A stretch of DNA of 64,000 nucleotides from Naegleria gruberi (Eukaryota): NCBI GenBank assembly GCA_000004985.1, contig GG738928.1; one strand, 5' to 3'. The first letter of the stretch is position 1, and every line of letters begins with the position of its first letter. The notes under the pieces were generated by a model. That model ran no database searches and had not been told where the DNA came from. It saw nothing but the letters and a program-made list of their open reading frames with translations. The translations under genes were made by a program, and so were the position numbers. Positions 1 through 9,349 of this stretch are shown here, piece by piece.

Positions 1-22
1 AATTCTGGAGTTTATAATTAAG
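1..22 (+). CDS. RasGEF-domain protein, end of an upstream exon (gene continues 5' off-window)
   Basis: Open frame ILEFIIK runs into a donor AG|GTAAGG at 23. A 48-nt AT-rich intron (23-70) ends TTTAAATAG and joins in frame to the exon starting at 71 (WIKFRIDDWNSA-MFDF...). Confidence 0.4.
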
Positions 23-70
23 GTAAGGCATTTAAAAATTCAAAACATCACCATCAATTTTATCTTTAAA

Positions 71-1192
71 TAGTGGATTAAATTCAGAATTGATGATTGG
101 AATTCAGCAATGTTTGATTTCCTTCATCATATAACAAAAGAATGTTTTGAATTGAAAGGATTCAAATCACTGACAGATTCTTGCATCTCACTTATTGATC
201 TTGCTCAACAATACCAAAAAGATAGCGAAACGGAATTTGAAATCAATAGGATTTTTGTGGAAATAATAGACTCTTTCAGATTGGAACAAGTTCAAAATGA
301 AAATGAAGAATATCACTCAGAGCTTAGAGACAAGAGATTGGAAACACCAGTTGACTTGATGAACGATCACAGGAAATTTGCTGCTCCAAAACCAATAATT
401 CCTATGAGCATATTCAACGACAATTTTAGTTGGTATGAATTAGATAAGATTGAAATTGCAAGGCAATTATCCCTCCGTGACTATGATTACTTTAAAGAAA
501 TTGATCCCAATGAATATTTTGAATGGATCAGACATGATAACAATCATAGTGGAAGAAGTGCTTGTAAAGCTATTATAGAAATGAAAATGATTGGCAGTTT
601 GACAATCTCCATGCTCGTGTTTTCAATTCTCAGTCAAGTAAATATCAAGGAGAGAAAAGAACTTCTTTGTAAGGTTATTGATTTGAGCTTGGAATTATTC
701 AATTTGAACAACTTTTTTGGAGTGGATTATGTGTTGCAAGCTCTACAGCATTCATCTGTGAAGAGATTGGAGCACACTTGGAAAGAAATTGATAGGAAAA
801 AGATTCAACAATATGAAAAGCTGTGCTATGATATGGAACACGATTATAGGAAAATTACAATACAGCTCGCAAGAAATAATGCAATCCTCATTCCAGTGTT
901 TATGGAACATTTCAAGGATATTCGATCTGTGGATGAAGCGTTCGAGAATGTCATTCAGGACGAGCAGGGAAATCAACTCATTCATTGGAAGAAAGTATCA
1001 TTCCTCTATTCAACCATTATTGAACCACTCTCATACAAATGTTATCCACCCTTACTCTTTCAAAAAGTTTTTCAAATCCAACAAATTCTTAAACGAGAAT
1101 ACATCCAAAACTTTAACTTTTCCTTTGAATTATTCATGAAAGATAGTTATGCAAGAGAAGGTTCTTCAACTCCAAGAAAGGATATTTTATAA
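71..1192 (+). CDS. Ras guanine-nucleotide exchange factor (Cdc25-homology catalytic domain), 3'-terminal exon
   Basis: Track ORF 110..1192 extended upstream to the acceptor at 70. Motif IEIARQLSLRDYDYFKEIDPNEYFEW matches the RasGEF/Cdc25 hallmark (IAxQLTLxDxxLFxxIxPxE). Stop TAA at 1190-1192. Confidence 0.75.
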
Positions 1193-1225
1193 AAGTCAAT
1201 CTATAACAATATGCCACTCAGCTCT

Positions 1226-2021
1226 TTACATGAAGGCCATCACCAACACTGTAGCACAAGTAACAACCAATAAGGAAATGATACTGTGGAGAGATTCATT
1301 ACCGTTAGCTCTAGCACTTGTGGCAGTGGTAGTATTCTTATTATTAATAGTACTGGTGGTTGGGGTGTTTCCTCCATTGTTGTTGTTATTACAGACATAG
1401 TTAGGAGTATAAATTAATTGAGTGGATTGACCATTGCATGAATCAGTGGCAGTTGTCCAATCCCTCATAATCTTTCCAGCTCTTCGAACCATTTCAAATG
1501 CAGTGCCTGGAACTTTCTTCAATTGATTCAAATCATCACTGTCCCATTTATCATTTGGTTCTCCAGTAATGAAATAACTGGATCCTTGATCAGCAAAAAT
1601 CATTCCATACTTTTTCAATGCTTTCAAAATGATCAATGATTGACCAGTGTAAGTTGATAAATCAAAAGAAGCTTTCAATCTGAATCTAGCTCCATAAGGA
1701 AGATAGGATGCATCTTTGGTTGAACCATAATGTTTGGCAGGTGGAATATAAGCTCTCTGAGCAGTTGGGAGTGTGAAACGAACTGCATGAGTGATATTAC
1801 CAGCAGCAACTTCAGAATATCTCACCAAACCAGGGAAAATTGGCAATCCAGCTGCATCAGCTGAAGTGATTGACAATTCATTTGGATAACGGAACATACT
1901 GGCATTTCTCATATTTAAATCAAATTTAGCATTGGATCCACATGTCCAAGAATCACTTCCTGCAACAGAGGCAAACATTTCATAGAGAATACAATTATCT
2001 GTATCAACTACAATAACATGT
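1226..2021 (-). CDS. Secreted GPI-anchor-like protein, exon 2 of 2
   Basis: Acceptor TATATAG at 2022-2028 gives a 50-nt intron (2022-2071) and restores the frame (…PTDS|HVIVVDTDNCILYEMFASVAG…). C-terminus has an Asn/Thr-rich linker, omega-like NGNES, then hydrophobic tail SLHSIISLLVVTCATVLVMAFM. Confidence 0.6.
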
Positions 2022-2071
2022 CTATATATTGAAATTCATTTAACATTTCAATAAATAGATATACTACTTAC

Positions 2072-2451
2072 GAATCTGTTGGGCCTTCAACCTTACTATT
2101 CAATGGAATTGGTGCTGATGTGAAATCTGATTCGTCTGGAGCACCATCAGCAGAGAATTTAATTGGAACCTTAGCAACAGAATTGCCCTTAACAATATTC
2201 CAAGGAATACCTGCACTAACTGTTTGTGTTCCATCAAAATATGGACCACTGAAATCTGCCTTCAAATTACCTGAATATTTGGCAATGTAACATGAACTCA
2301 TATAGTCGACTGGGTCATTGGAAATCTCACGATTCCATTCGTCATCTGGTGGAAAGATGTTGCAATTGCCAACCTTTGGTGGATTACATGCATGGGTAAC
2401 ACTAGTAGCCAGTGTGAGAACTAGCATCACACAAATTACTTGTTTAAACAT
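2072..2451 (-). CDS. Secreted, probably GPI-anchored, conserved hypothetical protein, exon 1 of 2
   Basis: First ATG at 2451 (the track start at 2469 is a TTG). N-terminal signal peptide MFKQVICVMLVLTLATSVTHA. The exon ends at TC|GTAAGT (donor 2071-2066, minus strand), phase 2. Confidence 0.65.
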
Positions 2452-2469
2452 TTTTTTCTTCTCTAACAA

Positions 2470-2536
2470 GATCTATTAATGAATGACAGATCTGGTTATT
2501 CATAAACTTGATCTATTAATGAATGACAGATCTGGT
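2470..2536. repeat. 27-bp direct repeat (two copies, 13-bp spacer), each copy bounded by AGATCT palindromes
   Basis: GATCTATTAATGAATGACAGATCTGGT at 2470-2496 and again at 2510-2536. It lies immediately 5' of the minus-strand gene start at 2451. Confidence 0.8.
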
Positions 2537-3392
2537 CAGATTATTTCCATGAACTTTGAAAGTTGAAAAGAGATCTCCCATAAAATTTAATGATATTGCT
2601 AGGTTATCAGATGAAGAATGTAAGAACTGTTTAGATGTTGTTTCAAAAGGCTACTAGATTAACAATACTACCAAATTGAGGAGAACAAGATCATAGTTAA
2701 TGCCCAACAGGAGTAATTTGCTACTGATAATATGATGTTTAAAAGATGATGAAAGGATTCCTTCGGATTGTCTAAAATACAACAAAATCGCCAGGCTGTT
2801 TGCATAACAATATTTTCTTCAACATGGTGCCGAGTAGATGTGTAGGCTATTTTTTTTCTTAATAATTAAGAAAAAAATTATTTCTGGTTGGTTTAAAATA
2901 TAAAAATGTAACGGTAAATTTTGGAGCGTTCAACACTACAAATCAATCATCTTACTAACTTGAACTTCAATCCATTCAAGGTTCATCAATATCAATCTCT
3001 TTGATTTTCCTCAATGAACAAGGAATATCAAATTTGCGCCAAGAAACAAAACCCTTTACTGTGTCTTTCCCTTCTTCTCTAGCGTTGAACCTGCAGAACT
3101 CGCGTCCAAAAATAGCGCCCTACGAAAAATCGAAGAACAACACGAAAAGAATCAAGTGCAATGAAACGTTGAGCGGCAAATGACGATAATCCATTTAATA
3201 GTAGAAAAAAAGAAAACAACATCAAAGCCTCTCTTTCCTCATCGTTACGTACACACAAACGTTTGCGCTCGCAGCGAAATCAAATTCTCTCTTCTCAATC
3301 ATTTTTTTTTTACAGTGCTACACAACCTTCTACAAGTTCTAGGCTTGTTCCAAACAATAATTTATTAAAACCTTCTTCCAACACACAACAAA

Positions 3393-4640
3393 ATGAATGA
3401 TAATCAAATCATGATGAATTTCCAAGTTGAAGAGTTTTCAAAGAGCTTGCAAACTTTCAATAATTGTCCTGATAATGAAGATTATTCTAATAGTTTCTTA
3501 TCAATATTTTTGGGAAGTGAAACAAGAGATCAAATTATTCAAGAAATTTTGAAACATGTCAGAGTGAAAGTTGAATGTTTACCAACTGGTTTTCAAGAAA
3601 ATCAATTCTTCTCACCAGCACAGACAAAATACTCTTGTTATGTGAACGATCAAATCAGAATATCAGTTAATTTTGATGACAAATATTTAGATTCTCTTTC
3701 ACAAGGACAAAATGTTTGCGATTCAAGTAATTCACCTAATTATTTCTGTTCCATGTTAATGGAAAAGTGTAATATTCAACTTGTTTCCTTCGTTGAAGGA
3801 ACAAACTTCGAGAATACAGTCACCGAGTTGACTACAGAACTATCCAAGCTGGGAATGAATAGTGATAGCAATCAAAGAGTTGTTACTTTCCATATTCCAA
3901 GACCTCTTCAGAAAAGAGGAAAGAAAAAGGAAAGAGCCAGTTCTGTTTCAAAAAAGATTGGGTTTATTCAAGTCATCCACTCTGATTCCAAGAAGATTGT
4001 CTGTAGATCTGATAATATTTGGATACGGTCAAAATCTAGAGAGGAAATGGAAACAAAGAAAAGAAGAGCTAACAATACCCTTTCTAAAAAGGTTAAAAAG
4101 AGAAAGATCAAATCAGATAATGATGAGAATCAAGATTCTAACAAACCAGACTCTACTAAACCAGATCTTTCCAAACCATCCCTCCAAGCACCTGCTCCAG
4201 CTCCAACAACCTCCAAACCAGCTCAAGAAATTCCAGATCTCAAACCTAAACTTGAATTCCCTTTCCTTCCAGTCATGCCAACTTACTTACCTAACTTTAT
4301 GAATCCTAACCTTCTTTCAATGATTCCAGTCAATCCATGTTGTAGTCTAATTCCTGTGCAGACATATTTTGATCCTTCCCTTTCCAATCAATTCTCCACC
4401 ACTGTAAATTATTTCTGCCAAGCTAATGCTGATATTCTTGAATTAACACAACCAAACACAGATGAATTTGATTTTGATTTCGATTTTGAAAAGGGTGAGG
4501 AGCTGAAAAGTCCTCTTTCTGATATTTCATCAAAGCAATGTGAAATCAATGATAATTTATGGGGAGAGGTTTCTCCTCTTTCAGATTCAATTTTTGGTGC
4601 TGAAGATGATGTCTTTGGAGCTAACATATTTGAATTTTAA
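3393..4640 (+). CDS. Hypothetical protein with basic NLS-like stretch and acidic C-terminus
   Basis: Single 415-aa ORF with ATG in A-rich context. Contains KKVKKRKIK, a PAPAP linker and FDFDFDF/acidic tail. No recognisable domain. Confidence 0.5.
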   Translation: MNDNQIMMNFQVEEFSKSLQTFNNCPDNEDYSNSFLSIFLGSETRDQIIQEILKHVRVKVECLPTGFQENQFFSPAQTKYSCYVNDQIRISVNFDDKYLDSLSQGQNVCDSSNSPNYFCSMLMEKCNIQLVSFVEGTNFENTVTELTTELSKLGMNSDSNQRVVTFHIPRPLQKRGKKKERASSVSKKIGFIQVIHSDSKKIVCRSDNIWIRSKSREEMETKKRRANNTLSKKVKKRKIKSDNDENQDSNKPDSTKPDLSKPSLQAPAPAPTTSKPAQEIPDLKPKLEFPFLPVMPTYLPNFMNPNLLSMIPVNPCCSLIPVQTYFDPSLSNQFSTTVNYFCQANADILELTQPNTDEFDFDFDFEKGEELKSPLSDISSKQCEINDNLWGEVSPLSDSIFGAEDDVFGANIFEF

Positions 4641-4969
4641 TATTTACAAATTATTTATTTTCAATATTACAAAAACTGATAATCAATATCTGCGTTTTGA
4701 GAATAAAAATTAGATAGGATGCTTCACGCAAACAGAAGTCAGTGAAAAATGAGAGAACGTGTTTTTTCAAGAGAATTGAATAATTTTTCAGTTTTATTTG
4801 AAAACTATTAAGATTGGAGAAATCAAAAAAAACAAGAAAACGCTCTCAAATATGATAACCACCAAGATTTCAAATCTTAAAGCCAAAAAAAATAGCAATT
4901 ATCAAGAAAATTCCTACAGAAATAAAAAAAATCATATTCTTCGTTCCAATCTTTGAGTAACCTGGTAAT

Positions 4970-7828
4970 TCAATCTTCATTAATTCCAAATTGAAAGTCT
5001 TTTGAGGAACTATCTTTTGGTAGTGTGTCGAANNNNNNNNNNNNNNNNNNNNNNNNNNNNNNNNNNNNNNNNNNNNNNNNNNTTGAATATCTGAATAGGT
5101 TTGATAAAAATGTAGTATCACATGGACAACCACTGAGATTCAACTCATCCAGTGTCTGGAAGTACATGTACATAATATTAGAAAAAATTTTAGGAAATTC
5201 AATATTTGAAAGATCCAATGTTTTCAAACATGCAAATTCCTGTAAAAATGTTCTAAACGAATCACTGTAAATTGGATTGATATCTGTACTCATATCACCT
5301 GTTATATTGTTCAATTTGACATTCTCAATGGAAGGGGAATAACTCAATGAATGAGCAATTGAAAAAAGAGCAGGTGGTGACTTGTTTCCAGTGAATTTGA
5401 ATGTCTTCAGATTCTTCTTAGCTAGTAAGCTATCTCCAATTCTTTGTGTCCCTCTTTCTCCAATATCACAATGAGAAAGATCTAAATAGGTTAGATTAGG
5501 GCAGTTTTTCAATTTTTTCAAAAAATCGGCAAGATATGAGACACCGTTATCCCCAATCTTGTTGTTGCTAAAGTCTAATATTTTCAATGATGGAAAGTTA
5601 ATATAGAATGAAGAGAGATCTGATCCTGTAATCTTTGAATCATGAAATATCAAGCTCTCTATTAATGCTCTTCTAGAATAATCACTCTTAATAGAATAAA
5701 AGAATGTCTCAAAGTCTGCTCCTTTATCCTTTTCCTGATACTCGATATTCCAATGTTTGAGAATTATTGTACTAATTGGAAGGGATGATAATATTTTCGT
5801 CAAAACATCTTGGCAACCATTGAACCAACAAGTCTCCAAACATTTGCATTTAGAATATCTGCTAATCATTCCAGAAAGGAGAATGAAATTATTTCTTTCA
5901 GCCATTTCACGAAGAGTTCTGCTCATCGACTTTTGTAAATATAATTGCATCCATGCGTCTTTCATCTCCTTTAAATAGTAAGGAAGTTTTGAAATTCTCC
6001 ATTTTGAATTGCAAGCAATTTTCCATTCTTGTTCTGATGTAAGTTTTGGCAAATCTTCTAGAACTATGTGTTTTCTAAAATTTGTTGGAGGTTTTCCATG
6101 GTAGCCTTTTTGTAAACTACTCTGAATGCAGGATTTGAGTAGTTCAATAACACTATCATGAGTTTCAAATACATGGAGAGATGACATTTCATTCAGTAAC
6201 TTGAAGAAGGTTTTAAAGTCATTCATCTTTTCAATTTGGTTCAATTTTTCTATGAACGAATCTATGGATTGATAAGGCAATATTCCACAATTTTCATTCA
6301 TAAATTTAGAAATACTTTCAATAGAGTTAAAATCGGAAAAGATCTGGATAAAGTAAATGTGTAATGTGAGTTCTTTCAACCTCTTTCTGATACTTTTGAA
6401 AGAATAGGACACTCTGTCGTCATCAGTTACTTCAGCACATTGAAAATCTGCAATTTCCTTGTAGCTCTTCAAAATATTCTTAACATATCTTGTCAAGAAT
6501 TCTCTAACATAGATATCATACAAATCTTTCCAATCAAATTTTGAAAATGGAATTAGCATTACAAAGTTTAACAAATCTCCAACTTTTTCTTTTGATCTTT
6601 CTTCACTTCTAATAAAGGAATCAATAGAGCTATTAATCAATTCACTAATCTCTGGAATTTCCTTAATCGCCTCGATCATCAATCTGAAAAATCTCAAGCA
6701 AGCCATAAATGCATTGGTGGTCTTTTCTCTCTGATCAACCATTTGAAGCAAACAATTAGACATCAATCGAGGAAGAATTTCAATAACTTGTTCTGGTGAA
6801 AAATCTATCTTTTTCGAATGGGAACTGGACAAATTAGCTAATGAAGATTTGGTAACGTGAAGAACCTTCTTGATATGAATTTCATCATTTGTTTCTGTAA
6901 GGATTGGTATCCAGTGTGTAAATGAAGTTTTCTCTCTTGACATTCCTCTCACATTATAATTCATGAACGCTCTCAATGAAAGAATATCCAGAGAGCAATA
7001 TATAGAACATATTTCCAATGATTTTGCGTTTCTCTTTTTACAGTTAATTCCATAGCCAACAAGATCACTTGTTTTGGTAAAGAAGCAAACTGAATCTGAG
7101 TTGGCTAACACTTTCTCAACTTTACAATTCATTCTTTTGAAACCATCATCTTCCTCTCTAGATACAAATGGAGGAGAAGGTAAATGATTAGAATGGCCAA
7201 CTTTTCTATTAACATATGCTTTGGCATGTGACATTGACCATTCCTGAGCTGACAAGTATTCTTCCTTTTTTTCCTCAAAAGTCTTTGGATCCTGAATATT
7301 TGACAATACTCTAGTCACATCTGCTCCATCATATAAAAACGTTTGCAACTGCATCAAGATTGAATGAACAGAATAAATTGGTTTCCACTCCTCAAGAAAA
7401 TCCAAACAAATCCTATCAGAATCGACCACATTAGGATGTTCCATCCTCGTACACAATCGAATAGTGGGCGCCTCCATTGGATAATTCTCACTAAACTTGA
7501 TCACTGCATGAAAAACCACACCATCATACATGGTATCTGAATTTCCTCGAATATTTACGTGCCACATCATGAAATCCCTCTCATCATCCACCTGAAAATT
7601 CATCTCCCGATAAATATTCATTATTTTCAAATTATCGAGAGCCTTCTTCTTCTTGATCGGAGCTGGACATGCACTCACATGACTCAGTGGATTTTCTTGA
7701 ATGTATTTAAATTCGGAATATAATCTTTTCAAGGCTAAAATTGGAGAAGTTTTACAATGTTTGTAACTATTCGGATCTGAATTTGCTTTCGAACGTGCAT
7801 TGGGCTTGATCTTTTGGTGTTGAGACAT
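4970..7828 (-). CDS. Ubiquitin-conjugating enzyme (UBC/E2) domain fused to a C-terminal RNI-type leucine-rich-repeat domain
   Basis: 952-aa single exon. N-terminal UBC fold with HPNVVDSDRICLDFLEEWKP (HPN motif, catalytic Cys) and SILMQLQTFL. C-terminal LRRs (LKILDFSNNKIGDNGVSYLADFLKKLKNCPNLTYLDLSHCDIGERG…). A 50-N gap (5033-5082) lies 16 codons from the stop, so the C-terminus is incomplete. Confidence 0.7.
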   Translation of the reverse strand: MSQHQKIKPNARSKANSDPNSYKHCKTSPILALKRLYSEFKYIQENPLSHVSACPAPIKKKKALDNLKIMNIYREMNFQVDDERDFMMWHVNIRGNSDTMYDGVVFHAVIKFSENYPMEAPTIRLCTRMEHPNVVDSDRICLDFLEEWKPIYSVHSILMQLQTFLYDGADVTRVLSNIQDPKTFEEKKEEYLSAQEWSMSHAKAYVNRKVGHSNHLPSPPFVSREEDDGFKRMNCKVEKVLANSDSVCFFTKTSDLVGYGINCKKRNAKSLEICSIYCSLDILSLRAFMNYNVRGMSREKTSFTHWIPILTETNDEIHIKKVLHVTKSSLANLSSSHSKKIDFSPEQVIEILPRLMSNCLLQMVDQREKTTNAFMACLRFFRLMIEAIKEIPEISELINSSIDSFIRSEERSKEKVGDLLNFVMLIPFSKFDWKDLYDIYVREFLTRYVKNILKSYKEIADFQCAEVTDDDRVSYSFKSIRKRLKELTLHIYFIQIFSDFNSIESISKFMNENCGILPYQSIDSFIEKLNQIEKMNDFKTFFKLLNEMSSLHVFETHDSVIELLKSCIQSSLQKGYHGKPPTNFRKHIVLEDLPKLTSEQEWKIACNSKWRISKLPYYLKEMKDAWMQLYLQKSMSRTLREMAERNNFILLSGMISRYSKCKCLETCWFNGCQDVLTKILSSLPISTIILKHWNIEYQEKDKGADFETFFYSIKSDYSRRALIESLIFHDSKITGSDLSSFYINFPSLKILDFSNNKIGDNGVSYLADFLKKLKNCPNLTYLDLSHCDIGERGTQRIGDSLLAKKNLKTFKFTGNKSPPALFSIAHSLSYSPSIENVKLNNITGDMSTDINPIYSDSFRTFLQEFACLKTLDLSNIEFPKIFSNIMYMYFQTLDELNLSGCPCDTTFLSNLFRYSXXXXXXXXXXXXXXXXXFDTLPKDSSSKDFQFGINED
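5033..5082. other. Assembly gap (50 N)
   Basis: Run of n. Confidence 0.99.
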
Positions 7829-8190
7829 TTTTTTGAATGTTTTTAGCGGAAATTAAGATTTTTGAAAATTTTATAAATTGAGTTGAACTTTGAAATATAA
7901 TTGAAATGATTTTAATGGAATTTCCATCTTTACAAAAAGACACGAAAATATTGAGACGTTGGAGAGTGTCACTGTGGGTCATGATCGATGAAATTTGAAA
8001 TGGAATCTTCAAATTGTAATGTTTAAAGAGAGATGGTTTCACTAGTGAATTTTGATTTACTCTTTTTTTTCAATCTTGTTTTTTAATATTTCTGAATTTT
8101 AGGTTAAAATGAGTTTTGGCGGGAAAATAAAGATTATTCACTTGAAACTTTGTAAAATAATTTAATGTACCTTGGAAATTATTTGAAACA

Positions 8191-8901
8191 TTATTTGGAA
8201 AGACCATCTTTGAGGAGTTTTTCCATCTTTTCGTCAAATTCTTTTTGAAGTTTATCCTTGTCTTGTTGTTCTTTTCTGGTAGAAACATATCCATTGACTC
8301 CTTCACGAATTATAACTTCAGTTTCTAATAGAATAGTTTCGTCTTGTTTCACAAATTTAGATTTGAATTGAATGGAGCTTCTGTTATTTTGCAAAACATT
8401 TTCTTCAATATTTTCAAAAATCAGAATTGATTCGAATAAAGCATTTCCATTTTCATTTCTAATAATCAACTTGACATTTTTACATTCAATATTCGAAATG
8501 ATAGATAAATCCGAACAAAAACTCTTTAAAAATTCTTCATTATTAACATTTTCATCAGAAATGTTAAAAATAATTTCACAATCCTGCACAGCATCCAATT
8601 GTAAAGTGTTAATTTTGTGTGAACAATTTGATTCCAGCAAAATTTTGCTAGATTTACATTTCATCACTTCTACAAATCCTGTTGTGATGGAATTTACATT
8701 AAAAGTAATAGTAGAATCATTATTAGAATCTAGAATAATCTTCATGCATCGGGTTCCAGTTAATTTAATATTGGAATTTGTGCTGTTGGAAACATAGAGA
8801 AGATCATTTGATTGGAAGGAAGTTTCTTCTACTGTTGTATTGTTGTGAGTGATAAATTGTTGAGTTCTTCTAGCAAATGGTGATTGAGGAATAAATGTCA
8901 T
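8191..8901 (-). CDS. Hypothetical protein, possibly beta-helix of the C-CAP/tubulin cofactor C-like type
   Basis: 236-aa ORF with ATG at 8901. Periodic I/L/V-x-N/C pattern (IIFNISDENV, LIIRNENGNALFESILIFENIEENV) suggests short beta-helix coils. Family assignment is tentative. Confidence 0.4.
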   Translation of the reverse strand: MTFIPQSPFARRTQQFITHNNTTVEETSFQSNDLLYVSNSTNSNIKLTGTRCMKIILDSNNDSTITFNVNSITTGFVEVMKCKSSKILLESNCSHKINTLQLDAVQDCEIIFNISDENVNNEEFLKSFCSDLSIISNIECKNVKLIIRNENGNALFESILIFENIEENVLQNNRSSIQFKSKFVKQDETILLETEVIIREGVNGYVSTRKEQQDKDKLQKEFDEKMEKLLKDGLSK

Positions 8902-9091
8902 TTTTTTTTAACTGCTCGAAAGTTGACAGCTTTAATGACAAGTTTATTTTCTATTTAAAATCAATTGATTTCCTCAAGTTAAATGAAGGATTTGTCACTA
9001 AATCATACTTTTCATTCAAAGGTAAAATGAACAAATAGATTTGCCGACTAATTTGGAAGTAATAGCGTCTTAGTTTTTACTCATAGTTGAC

Positions 9092-9164
9092 AAGCGCATA
9101 GCTCAGTCGGGAGAGCAGCAGACCCATAAGCTGCAGGTCAGAGGTTCAATTCCTCTTGTTGTTT
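9092..9164 (+). tRNA. tRNA-Met(CAU)-like, possible pseudogene
   Basis: D-arm TAGCTCAGTCGGGAGAGC. Anticodon stem GCAGA/GCTGC with loop CCCATAA (anticodon CAT). Variable loop AGGTC, T-arm AGAGG-TTCAATT-CCTCT. Acceptor 5' AAGCGCA vs 3' TGTTGTT pairs at only 5 of 7 positions (G3·G70 and C4·U69 mismatch). Confidence 0.45.
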
Positions 9165-9349
9165 GTCTTTTCTCAATCTAGTTCTTCGATCTTTCAATAA
9201 ACATAAAGGGAATTTTGCAACTAAAGATTAAACTCCAATTAAAGGAAAAACAACGCTGGTTTACTAATAATTCTAACAAAATGATTTATTTAACATTCCA
9301 ATATGTTAGGATTCAGAATCAATTTCATAATAACAATCCTTGTCTCTTC

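Noticed and set aside
752-1400. ORFs 752..985(-), 789..1139(+), 1149..1400(+)
   Set aside because: Nested inside the RasGEF exon or antisense to the secreted-protein gene. No motifs, arbitrary frames.
5025-5270. 81-aa plus-strand ORF
   Set aside because: It spans the 50-N gap and is antisense to the UBC-LRR gene.
8372-8797. 141-aa plus-strand ORF antisense to the 8191-8901 gene
   Set aside because: Low-complexity and fully nested antisense; the sense gene has the better start context and composition.
9089-9167. Minus-strand tRNA at the same locus
   Set aside because: The reverse complement puts the T-arm complement at the 5' end. Only the plus-strand reading gives D-arm, anticodon arm and T-arm in order.
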